DNA of 64,000 nt from Bugula neritina (lineage: Eukaryota; Animalia; Bryozoa). The position numbers and the translations under genes are program-made. Positions 40,216 through 64,000 of the stretch are shown here, one piece after another (positions within the stretch are counted from its first letter, which is position 1; each line of letters starts with the position of its first letter). The notes beneath the pieces were generated by a model that saw nothing but the letters and a program-made list of their open reading frames with translations, was not told the DNA's origin and searched no databases. The stretch lies in the NCBI GenBank assembly GCA_964035545.1, contig OZ037766.1, positions 2,418,001 to 2,482,000 of the forward strand, given 5' to 3'.

Positions 40216-41846
40216 ATTTATCTAATGCTGAATTGTCTCAGGAACTACAAAATTGCTTCAAATATCAGTTATTGATAAAAATGATTTTCATAATAAATCT
40301 CTGAAGTTATAATAATGATTATTTTTATTATATCAGTGCTTGAAAAGGTTTTTTGAATAAGCATTAGTGATTTTTGTAAATGTTTTTTATCAGAAACCAT
40401 CAGTCTGAATAAATTACTTCCAATTATTGAGCAAATCACACACAGCTTCAATCAGAATGCATTGAATATTTCACTGAAGCAGCTTTGACTGTAAGCATTG
40501 AAAATGTTCCTTCATGGAGACTATAAACTGTGCTACTCTCAAATAATACATAGCAAGAGCAAAGTTTTTATGTCAGCTATACCAAAGTTGTCTTCTCCTA
40601 ATAGAAGTTTAATACTTGATTGAAATTTCTATGATGTCAATATTTAGACCAGTTCTATACTACTCATGTTTTGTAAGGCGGATTTGCTCTTGGATTTAAT
40701 CTTCTGACACTCTATCAACAAATTCAAAAATAATTCTAGATAATAATAGCAAACAAGTTAAGAAGTTAAAACTCACTGCGAATAAAAGTCGGTATTTCAA
40801 TTGACATATTTTTATGCTTAATTAATTTATGACTATAGGGATATACTTGGCCACACTAATGAAGCTAGTATGTAATATCTTTTTGAGTATGTTTCAATAT
40901 TTTTGCACATATACATTATGTGGATAGCATTTATGTGCAAACGAAATTAGGCAGTGTATTTATGAGGCTGAATCAATTAAATGAGCTGCCACAGTAATTG
41001 CATTTTGTATACCACTCAGATATTTTTACACCAACTTCTGAAGCTCATGTTGAATGGAGTAAAGGATATACGTGATCCTTTTAACATTTATATGAAATTA
41101 TTAATAGCAAGTTATTATGCTTTTACCATTGAGTAATAGATTAAAACACTAATTTTTCAGTTTATTAGGGAAATATGGCAATATATTTTATAAGTTTAAA
41201 AATACAATTTTAGCATTAAAATTAAGCATTTTACGCTTTACTAAAATTAAAATGAACATTCAATTTCATGAAAATTAAAGCATTTCTTTTACATATTATA
41301 TATATATAGCACAAAATTGCAAAATCTACAAATGTGACTATATTACGCATCTATAGTATTGAAGAAATTTTTCTTAGCCCAAAACTAATAAAACTATTGT
41401 CATTTTGAACTGATTAGAAAAAGATTCACTGTTCTTCAATTATTATGTAATATTCTATAATTACAGGATGATTTCATCTCTCAATCAAGAAATTTTTCTT
41501 TTTTGGTTAAAAGGATTTTTGTGGGTGAGCGAACTGACTCAAGATTTTATAATAATCTAGCAACACTGCGAGAAAGCACACACATCCGGTTAAAACTATT
41601 TTTCTACGTTTTGTCACAGTTTTTGGTGATTTAATTACAGATTATTAGGTAATTAGATTATTAATGGGTTCAGCACATTATGTAACAAGTTGTGAATTGC
41701 CCGATTATATAACACCTTTCCATATACATTGACTCTAAATTTCTCATTGGCTGTTTAGCATAATGTCATTATAGTTACACCTATATAAGCTGGTGCAGGC
41801 TCAGTGTTTGCAAATCTAACTGCAAGTACTAGTTGAATTACCAAAG

Positions 41847-43065
41847 ATGCTACAGGTAAAACTTTAAGATATTTCTAGCTGATACCATGTATATATTTAT
41901 TAGGGAGTTTTCATTTTCTCAATTCTCTTCTATAGAGTTCTAATTTATTTTTCTATTCTATGACTGCATGAATAATTCTTTTTTAAACTTGGAGATACAG
42001 ACATTTTTAATTTATAGTATATTACATAAAATTTAAAAGAATTGTATTATAACTTATGTCCCCCCACCCAGTTTTTTTGTTTCAAACTAATTGGAAAGGG
42101 CAGATAATGCAAATAAAATTTATTTTTCTCTCATTTGACTTCTGATAAAATATTTAAGATTGATTTGAGAGTTTTCTAAATGAAATTCTGGAAAATTCTT
42201 GTCAATTTTTGCATAACTGAGGTATCTGCATTATTTTAATAACACAGACATTTAATTTTTATAATTGCATTTGAATACAAGTTAAATATGACAATTATTG
42301 CGCTGAATATTAAATTATTATAGCTGCTCATAACTGCATGAAAATTTATTGCAGGGAACCACAAAGATGATTGGTCTGGCTAGCTTGAGCTTACATCTGC
42401 TAATTTGGTCCTTAACTGAAGCGTATGAGGATGTGGTTTATGAAGACGTGGTTTCGTATGAGAGTGTGAACCCTTTACATGATACTTCTTATGTTCACAC
42501 ATCATCTGGTAATGGGGTGGGCGGTTTGAGCCACCACAAAGGCAAAGGTTTTGGCAAGAAGAAGATAGGAAACTTAGGTGGTGGGTTCCATGATATTCCA
42601 CATGTTGGGTCACATGGTATATCATATGGTGGCCACACACCGTACGGTGATTCCCTACACGGAATTCCCCATGGTTTACCACACGGAATTCCCCATGGTC
42701 TACCACACGGAATTCCCCACGGTTTACCACATAGCCTACCACACGGTTTACCACATGGGCTACCCCACGGCTTACCATTTGGAGGTGGAAAAGTTTTGAA
42801 TGGTCTTGGTTTTGGAAAAGGTGGTGTTGGCGGGTTTGGGGTGCCACATGGCGTGGGTCACGTGGGCCTGCACGGAATAGGAGACATCTTTGGTCTGGGT
42901 AAGCAAGTCATTCCTGGAACTGGACAAATTCACGGTTTGGTTCACTCACAAAACTTGGGACATGGAAAGCGCCGCTCTAAAGGAAAGAGATATCATGGAG
43001 AGAGTGATGGTTATGGCTACAACCATGGAGGACCAGACCAGATCTATGGTTTAGATGGTTATTAA
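41847..43065 (+). CDS. Secreted His/Gly-rich protein with (HG[I/L]P)x10, ~239 aa; exons 41847-41855 and 42355-43065
   Basis: TATATAA 41782; exon 1 ATGCTACAG|GTAAA splices in frame to TTGCAG|GGAACC (an alternative start is the internal Met at 42367). Hydrophobic signal ending LTEA, YEDVV x2, ten HG[I/L]P-type repeats (one HSLP), Gly-rich tail with KRRSKGKR. Confidence 0.85.
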
Positions 43066-45563
43066 CTGTAATTATATTACTATATTATTACATACAATAA
43101 ATTGTTAATTCTCTTACTGTAGTACTATATTCAATATTGTTGGTGATTTTTATATCTTACTGCACTATTATATACATAATCACTGTTAATTACATCACTT
43201 ATTGCATTATTATGTATACATATATTAATATTTATAGCTATACATTGCTACATTCTTACATAGATTTTAATTGCTAATTATTGTTTCTGTGTATATTTCA
43301 TAGGTCTACTGTATAGTTAATAAGCTTATTCAACTTTTACAAAAGAAAGCATTGAAATATTTACATACTGTAGAAATAATTATATTTAGCTGGTCTAAGT
43401 GTATTACTATATATACAAAAGAAAATAACTTATTTCATCAATAATATTTCCTAATTATATGTTTTTGTGATTACATAATAAACATATTATTAATTTATTT
43501 CTCAACAACTCTTTGCTAATCAATATACTGATACTTCTAATATAAAATTCTATTGAGTGTTATTTCCACTATGCAGTTGAAATAAATTGACCATTAGTTG
43601 AAATTAAGTTTCCTTTACAGAAATTGAAAAGGAAAGAAATCGCTCTTCTTTAAACATGTGTAATTATATAGAACATAGTGACTGCTTCAATATTACCATA
43701 ACTTGAAAAATATAATTTATTAGCTTCGCAAAACAACAATTATTTTTTTATAGTATTATGATAGCATTCTAAGCAGAGCTATGTCAGGAGTAAAAAGCCC
43801 TTTTCTTAACAACATTTATTATTTTCAGCTATCTAGTAAATTTTAAACAAGTTTCTTTTTTATTCTGACAAATTTCTACATTGTATCAAGCAATGCAAAC
43901 AATATAGATGAATGAGAAAACCAAGCCATGCTCTTCAAGGTAACCAAAGTTAATCATAGTTGCTTTCATAAGTGTAACCTTTTAGTAAGTCCAGAGACTT
44001 CATTAGGATTATTTCTCAAATGTCGTCACTATAATAATTGCTATAAATGGAGGCAAGAAACACTGACACTTGCACTGAAACATTAAACATATTTTTCACA
44101 AATTCAATGTTCTTATTGGCGACTTACAATTATTGCGTAACATTATAAAAATAATACTGCAATTCGTTGTCAATTATATAATGCTTTGAGCCACTCTTCA
44201 CAAAAAAATAAAGGGGTATTTGGTTTTGTTCATTGCTGGAACAGCTGTCAATATTCTACACAATGCTGTAGTTTAAATAGCTCGATATATTTTAGCATAG
44301 ACTATTCGTCCTCTAAAGTCTAAAACTAGGGCAATGTTAGATTCTTTGCTGTGCAACTTTATTTACTCTACTGTCAAATCTGAGTTGCAGAGATTTAATT
44401 TGAATATAAATCAAATGAAACTGATTGCATCATAATAATTGTATAAAGAAAAGCAGCTGCAATTCTTTAGAAAAAAAGGCAATTAGACAAAATGACTCCC
44501 AGGATAATCAGTAAAGAGTTAATATGAACACACCTTCATATAAAATGGTATTATACCAATATATTATACCATAGTTCAGTTCAAATACAGTTAGCAGTGT
44601 AATGATAGCCTGTCTAGTTTGATTGAGATATAAATCACAGAGTTACAGCTTTGAAGAAGAAAAACAGAATTTTGCACAAACTAATTCTAGAATTTAAATC
44701 CACCATTAATTGTTTATTTTATTTCTTTAGTTTTTATAAAACAAACATGCTATACTTTGAAACTTTGAGCTTTTTTTCCCTTTCTCTCCCTTTCTCCCTG
44801 TTTCAGTAATGAGAACTTTTCTGCTGCACCCAGTCCTGCAAACACCAAAAGTTCTGTCAGAGATACAACATAGACATGATAGAAGGCGAGTGTAGAGTTC
44901 TTATGTTTACAGTGCACAGCTGAATTACAGTACATCATTACAATACTAGACACCAGGGTGACACGGATTTCATAGTTTATGACTTTCATTTCAGAGGTTA
45001 AGGGCTCAACTCTCAGCTGTGCCATTTCTGTCAAAAGGATTGCACCTTACCTTGCTGAATTGTATAGACTAGAACCTAAGATACAAGAGGGTTTGTTTGG
45101 TGGATTTTGTTAGAAGCCCATTTCAGCCGTTTTTGAAAGACTAATTGAAGAATAGACAGGACTGCATTGTTATTGACTATCTGGTGCATCTTTCAACAAA
45201 ACATTTCATTGGCTAAAAAATTTTAACAATGTTTTATGCCACCAAAGAGCAAAATCTGGGTAAAATGCAAGACTGGTCAGTGTTTCACATGTATTATAGC
45301 CCAATAAAAAAAAATTAATTTCAACAGACAATTTAATAATGCCAACAGTTTTAAATTACAAAAATTGCTTCCGTGATCAGCTTAAAAGTCTTCCATTGTT
45401 GATTAGGTAATACCATTTAAATATCTCTGGATGTTGGAGAAGATTTACATTACTTCAGCAGCAGAAATAACAATAGACTTTGTAGCCTCACATGCAGGTA
45501 AAATAACAGAAGTAGCCTTACATCTCAACACTTTAAAATCTTACCCTGCATCTAAGCAGAGCC

Positions 45564-55397
<9,834 letters not shown>

Positions 55398-56933
55398 AAC
55401 TTATTTAGCCTGTAATATTTAGAAACAAAATATCACAGACAACTTTGTAGAAAAGAGCTGCAAAAATTACAACAAACAATTTTTGAAACTGTGATACAAA
55501 ATATTTTATTTTCACAGTTATAGCAAAAAAACTGTAAGCTATGTGGTTTGCAAGTTTGTAAGCTAGTCTAAATTCATTGCACATAGAAGATATGTATGCA
55601 GCTCTAATTTGAAGTTTCCTTATAAAGACTACATCTTTAATTATTATTTTTGGTAAGTTATGTAATCACTATGAAGTATGATGGCTAAATTTAAAGCTTA
55701 TTATCATTATTCTTAGTGTTTACTTTTAGCATAAGCATTAGCCATTAGACTTGGCTTTTAATAGTACTAGTAGTTAACACGATTCTTGATATTCATATCA
55801 ATATCAGTCTCAGTGTAACCATCACATGAACTTTAATTTCATGTTGAAAAAATTGAGAGAGTTGGACTCAATCTTATACTTATAGTTATTACCATTATAA
55901 AAACAAAATCAATATAGATTTTAATAATCATAATGGCATCATAATGCAATCACTCAATGTAAATACTACATCAGTAAATGAGAAAATATAATATTAAAAA
56001 CATTATAACCTGAACAAAAAACATATACTTCATGTTCATTTTTAAGTTCTTTTTAGTTAGAGTAAAAAATAAAAGCTTCTAAGATTCATACTCACTGTGA
56101 CTATAACTGTAAGAATTGCTTTTTAGATGTCGCTAATAATAACTTTGTTACCAAAATTTACGATAGCTAGTAGCTAGTGCGCCTTTACTAACAAAGCATT
56201 AGGTTATGCTAGTAATAAGTAAAGAGACAACTGAAATTCTAAGTACATCTTCTCAGTACAGTAAAAGCGTGCTTCAATTACGTAAGATTGTAAGAGAATA
56301 ATAGTACATTGTATACACACCAGTGTGTTGTTAATAATAGCACTGCATTGTTCTGCACTGGTTATGGCACTGTGTTACGTAATAATTAACACCTGCTATA
56401 CAGTACAACGAGAACTTATATTTTTAACAACAGCCAATCATTTAAAACCAGTTAGAAAATAAATATTACAACTTGTTCAAGATCTGGAAGTATATAGGTG
56501 AAGTAATTGAGAAAAGCCTGTGTTCTAGATTAGAAATTTAGCATAAGAATTTATTTTCCCTAGAAAATTTCAACCCAAAACTGTAAATTAATAATAAAAT
56601 TAAAGAACTTAGGCTATCTCAATTTCTCCATTAGGACTGCTCCTATAAATAGAAAAAAATATGCTTTAACACATAGGATATGCCTGAACTATGTAGTTAG
56701 AGTGCTCTGCATAGTTGACAAGTAGAAAAATAGCATTTGTCAATTCCCTATTTTTAGTATGTCTTTTAAATATTCTTAGCGCAATAAACTGTCTTTTACT
56801 TTGATGCACAGGTTCATTGAAACCTAAACAACATATTGACATACTGATTCATTGTTTTCAGTACCAAAAGTTCCACATTTATATGCTGATCATGGTATTT
56901 GGTAGAAGGGGGAATATGAAACTGCTTAATCTA

Positions 56934-56974
56934 ACTGCTGCTGCTGCTGTTGCTGCTACTACTGCTGCTGCTGC
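56934..56974. repeat. Imperfect (CTG)n trinucleotide repeat in the divergent NAT10 intergenic region
   Basis: CTGCTGCTGCTGCTGTTGCTGCTACTACTGCTGCTGCTGC. Confidence 0.8.
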
Positions 56975-57640
56975 CTGGTATTCTACAACCAAGAATATTT
57001 GCTTAAAGCTGTTTTGAATTTATAATGTTGTTCACCTTTCCCCCAGTTTTATACCAGTTTAGGGTACTTTTCCGAAGGAAATTCCACTATTTAACTTGGT
57101 GGAAGCTTTAACAATAGTCATTATAATAATATGTTGAAAAACATTTGCTGTACATAATTATAGATTACTTGTAAATAGAAACACTGAGGACACTGTGTGA
57201 AGATATGAATGAAAGCATATGTTTCGCAACTTTGAAAGCATCAATATAATTACATAACATTACGTAACTAAACAAAACTTAAATAGCTTCTTTATGAACC
57301 GTCCGAAGTCAGGCAAAAGAAGTCACAACGTAGCTAGCTGTAAATTTAGTAGTTACCAGGTAAGTTTGCTTTCGTGTTATAATAATACTGATATATTTCA
57401 TGGCATAAAAGTATAATAAGTTCCATTAACTTGCAACTAATTGCTAGATCGGAGGTTAAAAGTAGCATGGGCTTTTAGAGTTTACTATGAATTGTGCAGT
57501 GAATCAGTGAATGTGATTAATTCAAATTATGAATTCGGAGTTAAAATTCAAATGAGAGCGGTTTTGATATTTTCAAGACAGGTTGCAAGGATTTTGTTCA
57601 ACATTACAGACTAGCCCTGTGCATATTGAACATTAATAAA

Positions 57641-60600
57641 ATGCCAAGGAAAAAAGTAGATCAACGGATTAGAATTCTGATAGAGAACAATGTGAAGACC
57701 AGGATGAGAAGTTTGTTTGTAGTGGTTGGAGAAAGAGCTATGGATCAGGTATATGCATATTTAAAAACATCTAGCCTACATGTTTAATTTGCTTGAACTT
57801 GTATAATTGTCATAAAATATACACCATATTAATATATATCATGCTGACAGGTTGTGGTGCTGCATCACATGATGTCAAAGGCAGTAGTCAAAGCTCGTCC
57901 TACTGTTCTCTGGTGCTACAAGAAAGATCTTGGATTTAGCAGGTAATTTATGAAAATCTTCTTTAATACTATAACACAATTGTATCTTTTCTTCAATTTG
58001 ATAATAACCTACAACGTAGTTTTATGTTTTTCCTCAATGCTACAATAACTTGTAACATGCTTTTTGTTTTATATAAATACACTACTATATTATATTCTAA
58101 TAAAAAGTTAAAAAAGCATGTTTTCAACAGTAATCGTAAGAGGAGGATGAAAGAAACGCAAAAAAAAATCAAAAGTGGATTGATTTCTGCCAGAGAAGAT
58201 GATCCCTTAGAAATATTTGTATCATCAACAGATATTAGATACTGCTATTATAAGGAAACTAATAAAATCCTTGGTAACACCTATGGCATGTGCGTGCTGC
58301 AGGTAATTTTGAGAGGATTAAACTCTGATTGAAACTTTATAAGGCGACATTTGGTGTCATACAAAAAGTATATTATGTAATTTTTTACAAAAGTATAGTG
58401 TTTAGCATTCACATCTGGTCTTATATAAACTTATTCAGGACTTTGAGGCACTGACCCCTAACCTATTGGCAAGAACTATAGAGACCGTGGAAGGAGGTGG
58501 CGCTATAGTCTTACTGCTGAAAAAAGTGGACTCGCTACAACAGCTGTATACTATGACTATGGATGTCCACTCACGTTACAGAACTGCAGCTAACCTTGAA
58601 GTGACACCAAGGTTTAATGAAAGGTTTATTCTCTCCCTGACTGCCTGTGCCAACTGTTTGGTAATAGATGATGAACTGAACGTATTACCCATATCATCAG
58701 CTACAGCTAACATTACACCTCTTCCTCCCAAGTCTTCAGTAAGTACATCTCCTTTATTGTTTATCTACAAACACTGCTCTAGCAAAGCCATGTACAGTTT
58801 ATTTTGAAATAATGTGTGTAGTGAACTAGGCTTTGAGTTGAGCATTAACTCTTCACTGACGTTCTCTATTATGTTTTATTATACTTCTATTGACATCCTA
58901 TTGACATTATCAAGATTATTTTGCTCTCTTAAAATTACACCAGTTCACTAGCACCAACTATTGCCAAGCGCCAGAGTTAGCACTGGCTGTGCTGTAGAAA
59001 GCTTTTCTTAGTGTAGCTAAAATAGCTTAGCAAACTAGCCCTAATTTCACTACAATGTGCTTTGTTTCTTTTTACACGAAACTTCTGTGGCATACTAAGT
59101 AGATACCCATTGAAAATATGTACATTAAGTGCATGTCTCATTTTAAAGCATCACTAACTGTAAAAGTATTAGCACAAGCCTCACTTTGAAGCATCATAAT
59201 CGGTAGCAATGATCTTGTAAGACAAATTAGGTAGCTGACTCGTCTGCCAACCACAGGCGTATTATTACCTGCGACACTTGAAAACATGAAAACATAACTC
59301 TTATATTCAATATTGAAGTTGTCCAATGATTTATCTAAACATTGTTCAACATATAATAAAGTTCAACAGGCTGTGTGGTCTAATGAAGAATTCTCACATT
59401 TCATTCTATAGGAAGACGAGCCTAGTGAAAGTGAGCTGAGGCTGTCCACTTTACAGAAGTCTCTAGATGACAGACAGCCTGATGGTGTTCTGGTTGACTG
59501 CTGCAAGACCTTTGATCAGGTCTGTCTCCTTTCATTTCTACTCAAAGTCAGAGTTGTTTTTAGAGCTTTAAAGAATTAATTTAGTCACTCTAGGCCTAGG
59601 GCTTCATGTTGTCATCAAGCTGATCAAAGCTTAAAACTTGATTAAAAAAACATAAATTTGAATAGTTTCATGGCATACAACTAAAGTAATTTCTGCTGAG
59701 CAAAAGTTATGAAGATGCCAAAAATATTCACAAAGACATGGCAAGTTCCACACATGAATCTAGTCACATAATGCCCTATAAATGTTCTCTTAGTTATGCA
59801 TTAACACTCGGTAAACAGTAGAAAAGGTTATACTTTGCTGTTGCAGGCCAATGTAGTGCTACAGCTAATTGCTAGAATTTCTGAAAAATCTTTGAGCTCT
59901 ACAACAGCAGTCACAGCGGCTAGAGGTCGAGGGAAATCTGTCGCTTTAGGTTTAGCAGTAGCTTCAGCCGTTGCCTATGGTTACAGCAACATGTTTGTGA
60001 CATCACCATCTCCAGAGAACTTGAAAACTCTCTTTGAGTTTATATTGAAAGGATTGGACACCCTTGGTTATGTGGTAACTATTAAATATTTTATATTTAG
60101 ACAGTGAAATTACTGTCTGTATTGTTTAGTTCTAAAAGCAATTTCTTACTTTACTTTAGCTTGCATTAAACATCGTAGCCTTTCAGTTCTTAGCTTTTTA
60201 CTTAAACTTCGAATTGTCTGCTACACCTTTGCAGGTTTATGTCTAAAATTATAATTATAGGTTAGAGAAGAATTGTATGTCTTTATAGTTTAGAATACAC
60301 TTAAGTTACTGCATAACATATTTATTATTGACTTGATAGAAATAAATATCTCTTAAGTCATCATCTGTAATACAAATTGGTAGTCAAGAGCTCTTTTTGC
60401 AAAAAATATAGTATCAGGAATCTGGATTTTATAGATTAACAATTGTAAAGTTTAAACAGCTGTGGTGGTGCCAAATAGTTGATATTGGACTGCTTTTTGG
60501 TCACTGTTGCGTAAGTAACTGAGTTCTAATAAAACTGCTGGTCTATATTCTTACCATGATTTTAATTTATAGAAACACACAGATTATGAAACTACACAGT

Positions 60601-63527
60601 CTACCAATGAAGAGTTCAACAAAGCTACCGTTAGAGTTGCAATATACAGGGACCATAACCAGACTATACAGGTAATACTTGAACAAATGAGAACATAACT
60701 CTTACATTTAAGTTTATTTTAATTATCCAACAGCTCAACCAAACATTGCTCAATATAATAAAGTTTAACAGGATGTGTGGTGATGCAGTTTTGTATTATT
60801 TATAAAATTGTGCACCCAAATTTAATGTTAATCAGGTTAATCATATTTGAAGTGGGTAGTTGTAATGAAAATCTTTAAAGGTTGACTTTTTTATAGTAAA
60901 TCTACCCAAATGATGCTTCATCAGCTAGCGCAAGTCAAATTAAAGTTATAACTAAAAAGCAGAGCTCTTTTCCGGCTTTTAATTATATAACATTGTTAAT
61001 TGCCAATATATGACTATATAAACCATAGCATATGCATTCTACTTGAAGTAGACAGTCTTACTAAGAAGCTCCATGTTTGTAGTACATTCACCCAACTGAT
61101 GCCCACAAGCTAGGACAAGCTGAGTTGGTTGTGATAGATGAAGCTGCTGCCATTCCACTCCCTCTTGTCAAATCTCTGATGGGTCCATATCTGGTCTTCA
61201 TGGCATCCACTACCAACGGGTAAACTTTATACACAATATTTGGCTATAACTACTAGAAACAGGTTCATGTGACAGACTAGTTAGCTTGTTGTCTTATTCA
61301 TTATTACTCACGATTCAGAAAATTTTATGCAAATGTTTGTGCTGATAACATACACTCAATGGTGAGTAAGAATACACGGTCATATAGAATTTTTAACTTT
61401 CTGTTCTGTTACTAATATTATTTATCTATATTATATACTTTTATAGGTATGAAGGCACTGGCAAGTCTTTATCTTGCAAACTATTTAAGGAGCTGAGAGA
61501 CAAGACAACCAACCCAGTATTCTGTAAACCAGGTCAGTTTCTAGCCATTTGTCCTGCGCTACTGCATATGCAACTTTTGCTCTCCAATCGATTTTATCAA
61601 CTTTCCAAAAACATTACAAGTGGTTGTCTTTTTTCTAGCTAATCTAACAGAATAAATTCAGATTATATTGTAATGGTGTTATCAACATAATAATATTGTC
61701 TGCATGCATAGTAACATTATAACCATATATATTTGTAGATAGAGAATTTTATGAGCTGTCCTTAGAAGAGTCTATTAGATATGCTGAAGGAGATTTGGTA
61801 GAGATGTGGCTCAATCAGCTGTTATGTTTCGATACTTCTGTAACTACAAAGATCTTCAAGAGAGCTCCATTACCAGAGAGCTGTGATTTATACTATATCA
61901 ACAGGTGAGTACTGCTGTATACTATATCAACAGGTGAGTATGCTATGTCAACAGGTGAGTACTGCTGTATACTATATCAACAGGTTACTCATTTAATTTT
62001 ATTTCTTTATTTTTTATTGACCCATTAACTTTTTGATTTAATTTACAAAAATTATATAAAGCAAATAACTATTTCTTCTTTTTTATGCCACACATTTTTG
62101 TTCTGGATTTGAACCAATATATGCAGATAATCTTTATTTTTCTGCAGAGATACTCTGTTTTCTTTCCATGAAGCATCTGAAGACTTTCTACAGAAGATAA
62201 TGAGTATTTATATATCTAGTCACTACAAGGTAAGCTTCATTCTGTTTAAATATCAACTACAATGATTCTAACTTTGTAGAAAATAGAATCTGTGTCAATT
62301 TCTAATTCTGACCTTTAGAGTGTTATACACAGTTACATTATCTTGCTAACAGGCACCTTGCCAGTAACTATGCTAAGATAGACATCACACTTTAAACATA
62401 TATTCCTATTAGGAATGCAGTTTCTAATTTTTTATCCAATTCAAACAGATCCAACATATGATGTTGCAGTTATAACTCCTATTGTTTGATGATACAGAAG
62501 CAGGGCTTTTAGCGTTACTGTCTAGCTTTTAAAATGAAACTTGCCTAAACTTTGTTTACTTACAGTTTGCAGCATATCAAGTTTGCTTTTTCTGTTTGCA
62601 GTACACACCTGATGATCTGCAGATGCTCTCTGATTCACCGTCTCACCACATATTTGTGTTGTTGGCTTCAGAAATTTCTGAAAAGACTCTACCAGAAGTA
62701 TTAGTAGTACTACAAGTTAGTTCTAAATTAAATATATAATGTGAACTTAATGTGTATAATTTATTTGAAACTTTTTGATGGTGAATTTGATTATATTATA
62801 AGCATTCATTTTTCTTACAAACTTAAATAGCTAATTAATGCGTATTTGTGAAAAAATTTATTCGTTTCGTTCTGGTTTGGTGGCTTGTTTTTTAAGCTTT
62901 ATTTTCACTAAAAATAAGCTTCTAGCTTATAAAATTATAAGCCGAAAATTTTGGTTTAAGGAATTACAAACAAACATAAGAGTTGAAAACATTTTTCAAG
63001 CTACTCAAACTCTACAATACCCCCCTTAAATGTACAGATTTTTACCAACTTGATGATTTGATACTTAAGTTTGATAAAAACGAAATCATCTAAAGTTTAA
63101 GATCAAGTTTAGGTAGTTTCAAAATTATGCTTATAATATTATAAAATGCATGGCTAATATTTTATATATAAAAATCATTTTGTTATTTATCCATTGAGCA
63201 CTTTTGTATAAGTATTTTCTGTGACTCTTTAGATTATAGTTTTGTCTTTATATATACGCATAAACAGCATAATATATAATGATTCTCCATAGAAAACTCT
63301 GTATAATTTACTCTGCATACAATCTTATATTTGTAATTGGTACCAACCAACAGGTATGCTTTGAAGGAGGTTTCTCACAAAAATTGATTGGCTCACACCA
63401 AAGTCAAAGGTCAAGATATGGAGATCTTATCCCATGGACTCTCTTACAGCAATTTGGAGAGCAGGAGTTCTCTCAGATGTCTGGTGTTCGGGTGGTGAGG
63501 GTAGCCACCCACCCTGCTTATCAGCGA
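57641..63527 (+). CDS. NAT10: RNA cytidine acetyltransferase NAT10/Kre33 (more canonical paralog 'b'), first 13 coding exons, runs off the window
   Basis: Exons 57641-57748, 57851-57942, 58131-58302, 58439-58738, 59412-59519, 59847-60074, 60573-60671, 61083-61219, 61447-61532, 61739-61904, 62148-62229, 62602-62715, 63354-63527. Motifs MPRKKVDQRIRILIEN, VLWCYKKDLGFSSNRKRRM, TAARGRGKS, DEAAAIP, SSHYK, GDLIPW, RVVRVATHP. Intron positions match paralog a. Confidence 0.92.
61889..61985 (+). repeat. Tandem duplication of the exon-10 end plus splice donor of NAT10b
   Basis: Four TCAACAG|GT units; three continue GTGAGTA. Confidence 0.85.
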
Positions 63528-64000
63528 GTGAGCTATTTTAATTCGAACAAAACTAATATAACAATAATAGGCCTATTTTTTCAGCGTCATGAAATGCTTC
63601 TATGCAAGTTTTAAACAGTTTAAGCCCCTTAATATTATTGGTTGATGCATTTATATTCAAATTTTTCAAGTATAAAGCTTGCTATTAATTTAATTTATAG
63701 TTTTATTATTTGAAGGTTAGAAGAAATTTAAGCTTTGGCAGACTTTATTCCTTAAACTTTACCATCAGTTTATCGTACTATCAAATCAAGACATTTGCAT
63801 GAATGTGCTTAAACTTTAGTCAACTTTACTTGGTGAAATAGTTTTACATACTCCATTGCATTTGATAAAACTATGCCTAATAGAATAATCAGTAATTGTG
63901 ATTTAGAAATTTTGCCTGTTTTTAAAGAGTTTAACCATGTAAAGAAAGTTGCATGAGAAAGTTTATGCAAAACAAAAATTATGAAAAAATGAAGAAATAA

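Noticed and set aside
42380-42847. Antisense and alternative-frame repeat ORFs over the His/Gly gene
   Set aside because: Shadows of the 12-nt coding repeat; only the + frame has a signal peptide and splice support.
44750-45034. 94-aa minus-strand ORF downstream of NAT10a
   Set aside because: No recognisable motif, non-ATG start and no splice support; probably 3'UTR or repeat-derived.

Overview
AT-rich, intron-containing eukaryotic DNA, most consistent with an invertebrate animal; the taxon cannot be fixed from sequence alone. Gene models were built by hand from GT-AG boundaries and reading-frame continuity. From left to right: (1) a 57-aa secreted 4-Cys defensin-like peptide missed by the ORF track; (2) an 8-exon TRIM gene (RING, two B-boxes, coiled coil, beta-propeller-like C-terminus); (3) a ~28 kb cluster (15.5-43.1 kb) of six TATA-driven genes for small secreted low-complexity proteins. 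These are three Tyr/Gly/Asn/Arg-rich peptides in an inverted triplication, a Ser/Asp-rich protein with Tyr/Lys ends, a 34-aa micro-peptide of similar composition, and a His/Gly protein with (HG[I/L]P)x10. Together they look like the cationic-DOPA, polyanionic and His-rich parts of a secreted adhesive, cuticle or biomineral matrix. (4) Two head-to-head NAT10/Kre33 paralogs. The minus-strand copy is complete (about 985 aa) but has lost the N-terminal basic segment and conserved acetyltransferase residues, and the pair shares a local gene-conversion tract. (5) A ~235-bp, apparently circularly permuted element carrying an intact type I hammerhead ribozyme, inserted in a (TA)n inside an intron of the minus-strand NAT10. 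tRNA-derived SINEs, a foldback element and microsatellites are also present.
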